A DNA stretch of 64,000 nucleotides from Bacteroidota bacterium (GTDB taxonomy: Bacteria > Bacteroidota > Rhodothermia > Rhodothermales > Bin80), in the NCBI GenBank assembly GCA_028875125.1, contig JAPPGC010000106.1, positions 5,217-69,216 on the forward strand. Reading direction: 5' to 3'. The position numbers and the translations under genes are program-made. Positions 30,180 to 39,778 of the stretch are shown piece by piece. Within the stretch, counting starts at the first letter, position 1, and each line of letters starts with the position of its first letter. The notes below the pieces were generated by a model. It saw nothing but the letters and a program-made list of their open reading frames with translations, made no database searches and had not been told where the DNA came from.

Positions 30180-31436
30180 CTAACCCAATGTGTAGGATGC
30201 TGGATCAATATCTCTTTGAGCCCGCTCCATAATGGCTTGGTTGGCAGTAATCGCAACCGCAGTAGCTTCCAGTCCACGTTCCCAATTTGCCGCGGGAGGA
30301 TACGGACCAAAGGCATGGTTGTCCATGAATTCCTGCAGCGCATACCAGAGTGGTGTTTCTACGTTTGGATCATCCTCGGTGGGGTCCACATTCTGGGCGT
30401 CCAATTGGGTTGCATTCGCCAGGAGTGCGATTCCTGTTTCCTTGTAGAACCGGTCCGTTCGCGCGTACACTTCCCAACCAAGCATCGGAGCATCTACCTC
30501 CTTGAACATCCAGGCCTTGCCTCGGTCGCGGAATAAGATAGTGCTGTCGGAGCCATAGTAGGCCTCATAGGCTTCATCAAAAGAGCTGGCCAGCGTTGCA
30601 TCAAACATCATATGCAAGCCACTGGGGAATTCAAAGATGGCCTGAATCGTGTCTGGGACCTCCCGACCATCTTCCCAGGCCATAATCTGACCAAAACCGT
30701 GAACGGAGGCAGGCAGTTCTCCAAGTACCCAGTACGCAACGTCCATCTGAAGTAACGCAGCTTCACCAATCAATCCCGTAGTTATCGCTGGATCCAGACG
30801 CCAGTTAAGCTCGCGCACCCGGTCGGCGCTTGGAGACGCCCGTCGCCAACTTTCCTTGGCGTGCCACTGCCCCCGTGCCATGGCAGGTTTGCCAATAGCA
30901 CCACTACGCATAAACTGAAATACCGAGCGGTGCTGAGGGTTAGAGCGGTAAGTCTGACCAACCTGGAATATTTGCCCGGTTGCATCACGTGCGGCACGTG
31001 CAATCGCTTTGGCATCCTCAATGGAAGATGCCATAGGGGCTTCGCAATACACATTCTTGCCCGCTTGAAGTGCATTTACTGCAATATCGCGATGCAGGTG
31101 CGTAGGCGTTGCAACAATTATGGCCTGAATATCAGGGTTGTTCAGGATCTCGCGGTAATCTTCGTGTCGGGTTGCCTCTGGCGCATCCCGCTGCGCACGG
31201 CGAAGCATTGGGCCATACGTATCACAAATAGCCGCAACCTGAGCGCCGGGTACACGAGCAAGTGTGGCCGTAATGTCACGTCCCTGGGGGCCATACCCGA
31301 TAATTCCGCACTGAACGTCGTTGCGATTACCAGGCCATAATCTTGTCTTGATGTTGGCTGCGCGAACTAGGCCTGCTCCGCTGAGTGCGGCGCTGCCCAT
31401 CAGGAATGCCCGTCTGCTGACTGTGTGCTTGCTCAT
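30180..31436 (-). CDS. Tat-signal Gfo/Idh/MocA-family oxidoreductase
   Basis: Twin-arginine motif SRRAFLMGSAAL, Rossmann start GIIGYGPQG and EAPM-type motif (YCEAPMA). ATG 31436 overlaps the upstream stop (TAATG). Confidence 0.85.
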   Translation of the reverse strand: MSKHTVSRRAFLMGSAALSGAGLVRAANIKTRLWPGNRNDVQCGIIGYGPQGRDITATLARVPGAQVAAICDTYGPMLRRAQRDAPEATRHEDYREILNNPDIQAIIVATPTHLHRDIAVNALQAGKNVYCEAPMASSIEDAKAIARAARDATGQIFQVGQTYRSNPQHRSVFQFMRSGAIGKPAMARGQWHAKESWRRASPSADRVRELNWRLDPAITTGLIGEAALLQMDVAYWVLGELPASVHGFGQIMAWEDGREVPDTIQAIFEFPSGLHMMFDATLASSFDEAYEAYYGSDSTILFRDRGKAWMFKEVDAPMLGWEVYARTDRFYKETGIALLANATQLDAQNVDPTEDDPNVETPLWYALQEFMDNHAFGPYPPAANWERGLEATAVAITANQAIMERAQRDIDPASYTLG

Positions 31437-32386
31437 TACTGATTGGTTGGGTGTGTTGAATGAAATTCCAAGGAAACAAGATCTGTCGCACCTGCATCGT
31501 CGTACACACACAGTGTACGCATACCATGAAATTTTTGTTGAACCTGTTTGCCATCTTCTCGTCTCATGGCGAGTAGTGCGGTTGAAATCGCATCACAGAT
31601 CATTGCAGAAGGATGTGCGACTGCAGATAACGTTGCACCTTGCACGGGGTAACCTTTTCGTGGGTCAATCACATGTCCCCACATCTTGCCGTCTTTTTGG
31701 AAGCCTTTACCTCTGGGGGCCGAAACCGATAAGGCTTCATCACGGATAGACGTTGAGGTGAGCATTTGCGAGTCATCCAGCGGATCGGATATGCCTATCG
31801 GCCAACCGTCGGTATTCTGCGGAGGTGTTCCGATGGCCAACATGGTACTTGTTCCTCCGTGTAACAGTGCGGAAGTTATGCCACCCTCCCGCAAAAATAT
31901 TCCGGCCTCTTCTATAGCATATCCTTTTCCGATCGCGCCAAGATCCAGTGCCATGCCTGGTTGTCTAAAGGCGACGGTTCGTTCTGCATCGTTCAACACG
32001 ACCTTGTCCATCCCCGTTTTAGTCAAGGCTTCTTTTCTTTCATGCTCCTCGGGCCAAGTGCCCCGACCACGAACAAATCCCCAACAACGCATGAGCGGGC
32101 CCACTGTCACATCAAAAGCACCATGCGTCTCGTTATGGATTTCCGCGGCCTTCCTGAGTAATGAGTACAGCCTGGGGGTTACTCGTACGGGTTCCTTTGA
32201 TGCGTTGGCGTTTAATTGGCTGATTTCACTGGTTGGGTCGTAAAAGCTCAGTTGCTGTTCCAATCGTTTTATTTCTGCTAGAGCCTCTTCCCCTGCTCCA
32301 CGCAACAGGACTGCATCGTCCCCGTGGAGCAAGAACTCAAACCGTGTAGCCATGGCATTTAGTGCCATTCGAACGGTTTGCATCAA
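31436..32386 (-). CDS. apbE: FAD:protein FMN transferase (ApbE family), no signal peptide
   Basis: ApbE core motifs (AMATRFEF..., LSFYDPTSEISQLN, LDLGAIGKGYA, SAPRGK). The protein starts at the conserved core. The track start 32386 is TTG and an ATG lies at 32383. Confidence 0.85.
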   Translation of the reverse strand: MMQTVRMALNAMATRFEFLLHGDDAVLLRGAGEEALAEIKRLEQQLSFYDPTSEISQLNANASKEPVRVTPRLYSLLRKAAEIHNETHGAFDVTVGPLMRCWGFVRGRGTWPEEHERKEALTKTGMDKVVLNDAERTVAFRQPGMALDLGAIGKGYAIEEAGIFLREGGITSALLHGGTSTMLAIGTPPQNTDGWPIGISDPLDDSQMLTSTSIRDEALSVSAPRGKGFQKDGKMWGHVIDPRKGYPVQGATLSAVAHPSAMICDAISTALLAMRREDGKQVQQKFHGMRTLCVYDDAGATDLVSLEFHSTHPTNQ

Positions 32387-32461
32387 CCTGCCGGACTGGA
32401 AGAAGCGGAAAGAGGAGGATAGATGGCCTATCGCTCACTTATGCCCTTCAGCTTATTTGCC

Positions 32462-33856
32462 TCAATGAGTTTCCGTGGCGTATGTGATCGGCTCTACCTT
32501 CGTGCCGCTGCCGGTATGCAGGGATCGGTCTTCTTCATTGAAGTAGAGCATCTCACCCATACGCTCGCTCATTTCTGCCATAGAGATGATCGTCTGTGCA
32601 CGGATGGCAACATCAATATTTCCGTTCGTCTGGCCATCATCACGAATCGCCGTGAAGAAATCATGAATATGAGCCGGAACATCTGCGCCTGGCAGGAGAT
32701 TTTCCATTTGCTCTCCGTCCACCAAATCAGCAAAAGGACGCTCAGGGCGAAGCTCTAAACTCTCACCACTGAAGTATAGCGTGCCCTCGTTGCCCCGGAT
32801 AACCTGTCCGAGTCCCTGCTCATTCACACTGCTGCCGGTAATGACCATACACAAACCACTCGGGAATTCGGTCAATAGTTGGCAGTTGTCCGTTACATCG
32901 CGGTCTTCCGCGCCCAGGATTGAATCACCAATTTTCTTGTTACCTACGGAACATACACGCTTCGGAAATTCAGGAGCACCTGTTGCGATCAGGAGCGGAT
33001 GGATCCGATGTGCCAATAAGTCTCCCAGAATGCCTGCACAGTACGGGTAGTACTTACGCCAGCGATGATAATGCTGTGCGTTGAAATCACGGGCAGACAC
33101 TGGGCCGAGCCACTTTTCCCAGTTAATCGTTTTTCCGGGCTCCAGCTCCGGTTCTAGCCGATAGTAATTCCATTCGCCGATGGGTGTATTGCGGCAATAG
33201 GAATCCTGAGCGAGCACCAGCGGGCCGATGCGGCCTGCACGAATTAACTCGGCAGCTGCATGCCATTTGCCCTGTGTACAAAATTGTGATCCGATCTGGA
33301 ACTTCTTACCGGTTTCCTTGACCTTGTCGTAGATCTGGAACCCTTCGTCGAAATACCGGGTCATTGGCTTTTCGCAGTAGACATGCTTTCCTGCGTCTAG
33401 TGCATCCAGAGCGATCTGTGTGTGCCAGTGGTCAACGGTGCCAATGAATATGGCATCAATGTCCGGGTTATCCAGGATAGGCCGATAGTCTTCATGAACT
33501 TCCACTGCTGCCTCACGGCCTGCCTCCTGACGGGCGGCTTCCAGTGCTGCGTGAGCCTGATCACGACGTTTGGAGAACAGGTCACAGGCCGCCGCACCAG
33601 CGGCATTAAGCTGTACGTTATGCCGTGGCCTGCCGTTGTTGGTTGGGTTTGTAACGTTTAGGAGGTGTGCATTAAATCCCTGTCCACCTACACCAATAAA
33701 CCCGCATACGACTGTATCGTTGGCTCCCAGTACTGCTCCAGTAGCTGGTGCTTTAGCGCGTCCGGTCTTCGCACCATGTATGCCAGCCATGACAGCGGCG
33801 GTGCCGGCAGCAGATTTTTTGAGAAAGTCGCGGCGGGAGTGTTGCTTATTTAGCAT
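32462..33856 (-). CDS. Tat-signal Gfo/Idh/MocA-family oxidoreductase
   Basis: Twin-arginine motif SRRDFLKKSAAGTAAV, Rossmann start GFIGVGGQG and the YCEKPM motif. Start set at ATG 33856 (MLNKQHSRRDF). Confidence 0.85.
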   Translation of the reverse strand: MLNKQHSRRDFLKKSAAGTAAVMAGIHGAKTGRAKAPATGAVLGANDTVVCGFIGVGGQGFNAHLLNVTNPTNNGRPRHNVQLNAAGAAACDLFSKRRDQAHAALEAARQEAGREAAVEVHEDYRPILDNPDIDAIFIGTVDHWHTQIALDALDAGKHVYCEKPMTRYFDEGFQIYDKVKETGKKFQIGSQFCTQGKWHAAAELIRAGRIGPLVLAQDSYCRNTPIGEWNYYRLEPELEPGKTINWEKWLGPVSARDFNAQHYHRWRKYYPYCAGILGDLLAHRIHPLLIATGAPEFPKRVCSVGNKKIGDSILGAEDRDVTDNCQLLTEFPSGLCMVITGSSVNEQGLGQVIRGNEGTLYFSGESLELRPERPFADLVDGEQMENLLPGADVPAHIHDFFTAIRDDGQTNGNIDVAIRAQTIISMAEMSERMGEMLYFNEEDRSLHTGSGTKVEPITYATETH

Positions 33857-34201
33857 TTGTCTGAATGATTGAGTTGTGAACAACAAGTACGGAAGCGTTT
33901 CCGATGGAACTTGAACCGCTTTCATTGGGACAAGTAACCCCCCAATATAAGGAATACAACGAAATGCGGCAACAAGTCCGATCACCAAGTACGCTGCATA
34001 GATGGTATAGGTTCAGGGCAGGCCTAGGAGTTCTATGGAGCAGTAATTTGAGTTTTGACGGGACAAGTGCGTGAGTACTTGGTTAACTTCGGGTATTCGA
34101 CCGGACGATCACAAAATGGTTATTGATTGGTGTTGTCCGCTCTGTTGAAACTTTTAAACTATTTTGACCTAAAATCTACTACACTAAGTCGTTTTGTTGT
34201 A

Positions 34202-34795
34202 ATGCCTTCATTAAAACTCAAGCTCATCCTGCGAGTGGTTGTTCTGACTCTCGTACTTGTCGCACCAGTATATGCGCAGACTACGGAATACGTCGTTGCT
34301 CCAGAAAGTGAGATGCATGTGGATGGCACATCAAATCAGACACCGGAATGGCGCGTCTATGCTACACAGATTGACGGTACATTGAGTATGAATGAGGAAG
34401 GACGCGTTGACTCCGTACGTCTTGTGATACCCTCCAAGATGATGAAAAGCAGAAAAAGTCCCATCATGGACCGTGGCATGCATGGAGCACTCAAGGCAAA
34501 TCAGCACGCCGAGATCGTCTATGAACTCGTGTCTGTATCTGATTTCACGATGACGGGGGACAACACATTCACGCTCAATTCGACCGGCAATCTCACCATT
34601 GCGGACGCAACCAAAGAGATCGCGATTCCGATTGAGGGCATTGCACAGGAGAATGGTCGCGTACATTTCACTGGGAGTCATTCGCTATTGATGAGTGAAT
34701 ACGACCTCAAGCCTCCCACCATGATGTTCGGTGCGTATCGGACGGGGGATGAGTTAACGGTGACGTTTGAACTTATTGCCGCTCCAGCGGAATGA
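34202..34795 (+). CDS. YceI-like periplasmic (polyisoprenoid-binding-fold) protein
   Basis: Signal peptide. The pattern VDGTSN..W...G.L........V..V...I....M.S......D..M, GNLTIADATKEI and MSEYDLKPP fits the YceI family. Start at ATG 34202. Confidence 0.65.
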   Translation: MPSLKLKLILRVVVLTLVLVAPVYAQTTEYVVAPESEMHVDGTSNQTPEWRVYATQIDGTLSMNEEGRVDSVRLVIPSKMMKSRKSPIMDRGMHGALKANQHAEIVYELVSVSDFTMTGDNTFTLNSTGNLTIADATKEIAIPIEGIAQENGRVHFTGSHSLLMSEYDLKPPTMMFGAYRTGDELTVTFELIAAPAE

Positions 34796-35137
34796 GCTCG
34801 GGTGAGGGGCCCCCGCAGGCCTCGCCAACGTGTAAGGCTTAAAGCTATGCTCCACTCTGGGAATAGCCGACAGGCCTGTTCCGGAATCTGGAAGCACTTT
34901 AAACTCACCTCAGTTTACGCGGTTGTCTTGCGGACAAAGGTTTGTTCTCGTTGGATGAATCGCTTGGGAACTTCTCCAGATAGTCCAAGGCCTAATATTC
35001 ACAGTGTTTCATACGAACCTACACACCCCTTCCAGCTCCGTTAGCTCGTGAATGGGGAAGTCAAGCAGCCGGAGGAATTTTCACCCTCGTGCCCCATGGA
35101 GAATTTGAATGGGACGAATGTTACGTCGGCAAATGGG

Positions 35138-38100
35138 CTATTCCCTTATCGGTGGTGCACCGGTTGCTTCGAGAGCACTGGTAAGTGCTGTGACGATGTC
35201 CTGTTCAAATGAGGCCAGTGAAGCTTCCAGTTCTTCCAGCTGTGCGCTGCCAGTCTCTAGTGATTGCCTGTGCAGGTCGGTCGGACCATAGGTCGTTCGT
35301 AGGCCGCTTTGTCCAACAGACAGTCTAGACATCACGGTTGGTGCATCACGCTCGCCTGGTCCGTCTTTTGCCTCGTAGCCGCTCAGATCCCGTCGGATAT
35401 TCAGGAGGGTTGTACGTGCAGCATGCAACTCTGTGGTCAAATCGGCTGAAGGATTCGGGGCACGCAAATGAGCAGTTTGCATGGCGTCCACAAGATCAAT
35501 GTTATCTGCAAGTGATCCTGACAGGAGGCTGGCACGCTGCATTAGCGAAGCGGCCCGGGCTCTGTATTCGGCGATTTCGCTGGGGGTACTGCCCGCAAGG
35601 GCAGGCGTACGCAGCAGTTCAACTTGGAATGTGACTGGGCCGGACAGGACAGATTCTACCCCGTCACGGACACGTACAAGCGTGGCAGTGTAGCTGCCGG
35701 GGGTAGCGAGATAGCCGCCCTGGCCAAATCCTCCACCGGAGGAACCCGGTGTAATTACGGCGTGGGACGGGTACCTCAGATTCCAGGTGACCCGGTGCAA
35801 ACCCTTTGAGGTACTTCCAGCAACCCGCCCGACAACCTGTTCAGATTCATCACGAACAATCACGAAGACCTTATCGGCAACTTCGTTGCGCTCGGCTTCA
35901 AGTGCATCCCATCCCGGGAAGGGGATATCAATTTCGCCGGCTTCTTTTTCCCTTTCTTTACGAGCTTGTCTCAGGGTAGTCGGACTTTCGCGGAGGTAAT
36001 AGGTAAATGTTGCTCCGAACGGTGGATTGGGAGCTGCGAAGTAGTCTGTACCCTGTGATCCACCGGCAACATCGCGTTCTACATATAGCTTGGCAGTACG
36101 CGGTGCAAAAAGGTGTGCCTCATTGGCGAGCAAATCTGCATTGACGTGACGGAGCGGGGTGTAGTCATCAAGCACAAAGAAACCGCGACCGAAAGAGGCC
36201 CCTACAACATCGTTCTCCCGCCGTTGGATTGTAATGTCACGAAACGAGATCGTCGCATCAGATGCCACCTTTATCCATTCCACACCGCCGTCAACAGTAA
36301 AGTATATCCCGAATTCAGTGGCGGTGAAGAGCAGATTCGGATTTACATGGTCCTGCACAATACGCCAAATGAGTGTTCGATCAGGGAGATTTCCTGTGAT
36401 TGAAGTCCAGAAATGCCCGCGATCATTGCTCTTGATCAGATAAGGAGATAAATCTCCAAACTTGTGGTTGTCCAGTGCTGCAAAGACGACGTCAACGTCA
36501 TGCAGGTCGGCGTAAAGGTTGTTAACAAACGCGGTTGCCGGAATGCCATCAATGCTGCCGACTTCTACCGCTCGCCATGTTTCGCCGTCGTCTTCAGTAA
36601 CCTGGATCAGTCCATCGTCGGTTCCCGCATACAGTAGACCGGCTTGTAGCGGGGATTCTGCGAGAGAAGTAATCGTGTTGTAGACCGACATGGCATTGAA
36701 ATCCCATGGGTTGTCGTAGCTCTGTACACGTCCCATGATGGGAAGAGCAATACGCTCCTGATCACGAGTCAAATCACTAGATATTGCGGTCCAGCTGTCG
36801 CCCCGGTCTGTTGAATTCCAGACACGGTGGGATGCAAAATAGAGCGTGGTTGGAGAGTGTGGACTCACAACAATCGGGGCGTCCCAGTTGTAGCGCTCGT
36901 GTTCTTCTCCGGGACCCGCCTGGGGTTGAATCAAGGTTTGCTCGCCCGTGATGAGATCCACACGGTTCATACGTCCCTGCTGTGACTCAGCATAAATGAT
37001 ATCCGGGTTCCCAGGCTCGGTGGCAGATTGATGCCCGTCTCCACCAAGCGTCTTGAACCAGTCGGCATTGCGTATGCCATGCCGATTATCTGTGCGGGAT
37101 GGTCCACCGTGTGAACCATTATCCTGTGTACCGCCAAATATGCGATAGAATGGTTCTGAGTCATCAACTGCCAACTTGTAGTATTGGGTGATTGGCAGGT
37201 TGCTTATAAAACGCCAGGATTCCGTTCCGTCATAGGTTTCAAATAGTCCACCGTCTGTGCCCATAAGGATATAGTCTGGATCATCCGCACGGAATGCGAT
37301 TGCATGATTATCTGAGTGCTTATCGCTTTCGCTCATGCGATAAAATGTGCGACCATGATCATGAGATACCTGTGTGCGCACATCCATAAGATATATGGTC
37401 CCTTCCCTGTGTGGGGAGGCATAGAGTTCCTGATAATAGTGGGGACCGGTTGCGCCGCTTACCGTATCTGACATTTTTCTCCAGGATGCACCACGATCAC
37501 TGGACATAAAGATGCCGCCCGTTGTTAGATCAAGCTCAATTGCGGCATAAATGATGTCAGGGTTCTGGGGTGATATTGCGAGCCCAATCTTACCAAGATT
37601 TGATTTGGGTATCCCGCGCGTCAGTGCTGTCCATGTACGCCCTCCGTCAGTGCTTTTGTGCAGTCCACTACCGGGGCCACCTCCCATGTACGCAGCCACA
37701 TTTCGGTGACGCTGCCATGTAGCTGCATAGAGTACAGCGGGATCGCGGGGATCAATCACCACATCCGTTACCCCTACCCATTCATCATCACCCAAAGTTT
37801 GTTCCCATGATTCACCGCCGTCAACACTCATGTAGAGTCCACGCTCGCCGCCGCTGTTCCACAGGGGGCCTTGTGCGGCTACCCAGATCACATCACCATT
37901 ATCGGGATGGACAATGATACGGGAGATGTGCATGGATTCTTTAAGTCCCATATTTTTCCATGTCTTACCTCCGTCATCGCTGCGATAAATGCCATCACCG
38001 TAGGCTACGTGGCGTCCACCCACATTTTCGCCGGTGCCGACCCAAACCGTGTGGGGATTACGGGGGTCAAGCGTAAGCTCTCCAATTGAATAGGATCCCT

Positions 38101-38359
38101 GGCCGTCAAACAAGGACTCCCATGTCGTGCCGGCGTTGATGGTCTTCCACACGCCTCCGCTACCCACGGCGACGTACCACATGTTATCATCGTCGGGGTG
38201 CATGGCAATATCTGCAATGCGTCCGGAAGTGAAGGCAGGGCACACATTACGTAGCTTCAGAGCAGAAAAGTTAGTCTCACTGATCAAGTTATCTTGCGCG
38301 GAAGCAGGCAATGCGATTAACAGCACAAGGGCGGTGAGTACACGGAGGGCGTAGGTCAT
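35138..38359 (-). CDS. Secreted BNR/Asp-box repeat, sortilin (VPS10)-like tandem beta-propeller protein
   Basis: Signal peptide and at least 8 Asp-box motifs of the SxDxGxTW type (SDDGGKTW, SVDGGESW, STDGGRTW, SSDRGASW, STDRGDSW, TEDDGETW, SNDRGHFW, TVDGGVEW). 1073 aa. Confidence 0.8.
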   Translation of the reverse strand: MTYALRVLTALVLLIALPASAQDNLISETNFSALKLRNVCPAFTSGRIADIAMHPDDDNMWYVAVGSGGVWKTINAGTTWESLFDGQGSYSIGELTLDPRNPHTVWVGTGENVGGRHVAYGDGIYRSDDGGKTWKNMGLKESMHISRIIVHPDNGDVIWVAAQGPLWNSGGERGLYMSVDGGESWEQTLGDDEWVGVTDVVIDPRDPAVLYAATWQRHRNVAAYMGGGPGSGLHKSTDGGRTWTALTRGIPKSNLGKIGLAISPQNPDIIYAAIELDLTTGGIFMSSDRGASWRKMSDTVSGATGPHYYQELYASPHREGTIYLMDVRTQVSHDHGRTFYRMSESDKHSDNHAIAFRADDPDYILMGTDGGLFETYDGTESWRFISNLPITQYYKLAVDDSEPFYRIFGGTQDNGSHGGPSRTDNRHGIRNADWFKTLGGDGHQSATEPGNPDIIYAESQQGRMNRVDLITGEQTLIQPQAGPGEEHERYNWDAPIVVSPHSPTTLYFASHRVWNSTDRGDSWTAISSDLTRDQERIALPIMGRVQSYDNPWDFNAMSVYNTITSLAESPLQAGLLYAGTDDGLIQVTEDDGETWRAVEVGSIDGIPATAFVNNLYADLHDVDVVFAALDNHKFGDLSPYLIKSNDRGHFWTSITGNLPDRTLIWRIVQDHVNPNLLFTATEFGIYFTVDGGVEWIKVASDATISFRDITIQRRENDVVGASFGRGFFVLDDYTPLRHVNADLLANEAHLFAPRTAKLYVERDVAGGSQGTDYFAAPNPPFGATFTYYLRESPTTLRQARKEREKEAGEIDIPFPGWDALEAERNEVADKVFVIVRDESEQVVGRVAGSTSKGLHRVTWNLRYPSHAVITPGSSGGGFGQGGYLATPGSYTATLVRVRDGVESVLSGPVTFQVELLRTPALAGSTPSEIAEYRARAASLMQRASLLSGSLADNIDLVDAMQTAHLRAPNPSADLTTELHAARTTLLNIRRDLSGYEAKDGPGERDAPTVMSRLSVGQSGLRTTYGPTDLHRQSLETGSAQLEELEASLASFEQDIVTALTSALEATGAPPIRE

Positions 38360-38802
38360 TTTTTTGTTTTGGTTTGCGTAAAGCCCGTTAAAGATAGGTC
38401 TTACTTAGTACAGGAGTGTAATTGCGCGCAGGTGAAAGATGTGTCAGTTTGGGGTTAAGCCAAATGATCTGGCGATAAAAACTGATCACAAGTATATGAT
38501 TAACCGGCAGCTACAGCGTAAGGTAGGTGTTCGCAATTAGTGTCTCATAGCAGACAGCAGGTAAGGATACGAAAGCACTAGGCCTCCGCAACTGAACTGT
38601 TGAGGTCCCTGTACTTGCAACAACTGATCTGAGTACATCTAAGCAGTCAAGAATGTACCCGGGAATCTGACGGGTATTCTATCCGATCCCATTGGGACAC
38701 AGAGTTTTATAACGATGCCGAGTTCCCTGTGGTGACAATTCGATGTTACTTTTGGTCGCGCGCCATCAAATACACATGTGCGTCAATCTGACCTCAATTC
38801 GT

Positions 38803-38816
38803 ATGAGTGCACTCAT
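38803..38816. repeat. Perfect 14-bp palindrome ATGAGTGCACTCAT
   Basis: Read directly; it is self-complementary over all 14 nt. It lies about 80 nt downstream of the nitrilase-family stop, inside a 537-bp ORF-free gap. Confidence 0.9.
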
Positions 38817-38896
38817 TCAAAATGGAATTCTAGAACGGGACTTGACGGAGTGTTTTCCTATTACGTTATAGGTTGTAGTGCAGGATAAGCATGTGG

Positions 38897-39745
38897 CTAC
38901 GGGAGGCGTCGGTGACTGAGGCAGGGTAGGCGTTCTCGTAATTGGTCCTGATAAGTGAAGTTTACTTCACTGCTGATCACACACGCCCGGTCTGGAGCCT
39001 GCGCAAGAATCTGTCCCCACGGGTCAACGATGACGGAGTGTCCAAAGCTCTCACGTCCGGCATTGTGACGACCAAACTGGGCAGGAGCTACCACGTAGGC
39101 AAGATTCTCAATAGCACGCGCCCGCAACAATTCCAGCCAGTGATATGCTCCAGTTCTCCATGTGAAGGCCGAGGGTACAAAGAGTACGCGCGCACCGCGT
39201 TTCACCAGCACCCGATATAGTTCTGGGAAGCGCAGATCGTAACAGATACTGAGTCCCATAGTGGCTCCGAGGGCATCAAAGGTCACAGGTTCTTTCCCCG
39301 GTGCGATGTAACGGGATTCTACAAACGAATGGGCCTCGTCCAACTGGATGTCAAACAGATGAATTTTATCATAGCGTGCGATAATTAGGCCCTCAGGTCC
39401 AAATACCAGGCATGTGTTGGTAACCCTATCCTTGGCCGCAAGCGGGACAGTACCCCCTACGATGTAGATGGAGTTTGAGCGGGCCAGTTCCCGCAGCATT
39501 TGTACCGCAGGTCCGTCCTCGAGATCTTCGACGGCCTGGATCTTATTGCCCTCCCGATCCAGATACGAAAAGTTCTCGGGAAGAGCCACCAGTTGTGCAC
39601 CGAGATGCACCGCCTTCTCAATCAACAGCTTCGCCTGTGTCAGGTTGGTCTTAATTTCCTGGCCTGAGCAGAGCTGGATAGCCGCTATGTGTACGGGATT
39701 GTGCAGATTCATCATCGGAGAAAAGGGGGATTGGTAGCGTATCAT
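38897..39745 (-). CDS. Carbon-nitrogen hydrolase (nitrilase superfamily, Nit/omega-amidase-like)
   Basis: Glu-Lys-Cys triad contexts are present: ALPENF, YDKIHLFD and LSICYDLRFPE. An alternative start lies at 39715. Confidence 0.85.
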   Translation of the reverse strand: MIRYQSPFSPMMNLHNPVHIAAIQLCSGQEIKTNLTQAKLLIEKAVHLGAQLVALPENFSYLDREGNKIQAVEDLEDGPAVQMLRELARSNSIYIVGGTVPLAAKDRVTNTCLVFGPEGLIIARYDKIHLFDIQLDEAHSFVESRYIAPGKEPVTFDALGATMGLSICYDLRFPELYRVLVKRGARVLFVPSAFTWRTGAYHWLELLRARAIENLAYVVAPAQFGRHNAGRESFGHSVIVDPWGQILAQAPDRACVISSEVNFTYQDQLRERLPCLSHRRLP

Positions 39746-39778
39746 TGAATATATCCAACCAAATACCTCCTCAAATTG

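Noticed and set aside
28143-33856. Search for a canonical ApbE flavinylation acceptor motif ([ST]GA[ST] preceded by D/x) in the operon's proteins.
   Set aside because: None was found. Only TGAV, SGAI, TGAP and SGAG (in a signal peptide) occur. I therefore name no flavinylation target.
33984-34083. Long-range inverted repeat ACCAAGTACGC ... GC(gtga)GTACTTGGT in the divergent Gfo/YceI promoter region.
   Set aside because: It is a 9-bp core with a 4-nt bulge and an 80-nt spacer. It might be a regulatory structure, but it has no supporting feature and is plausibly a chance match.
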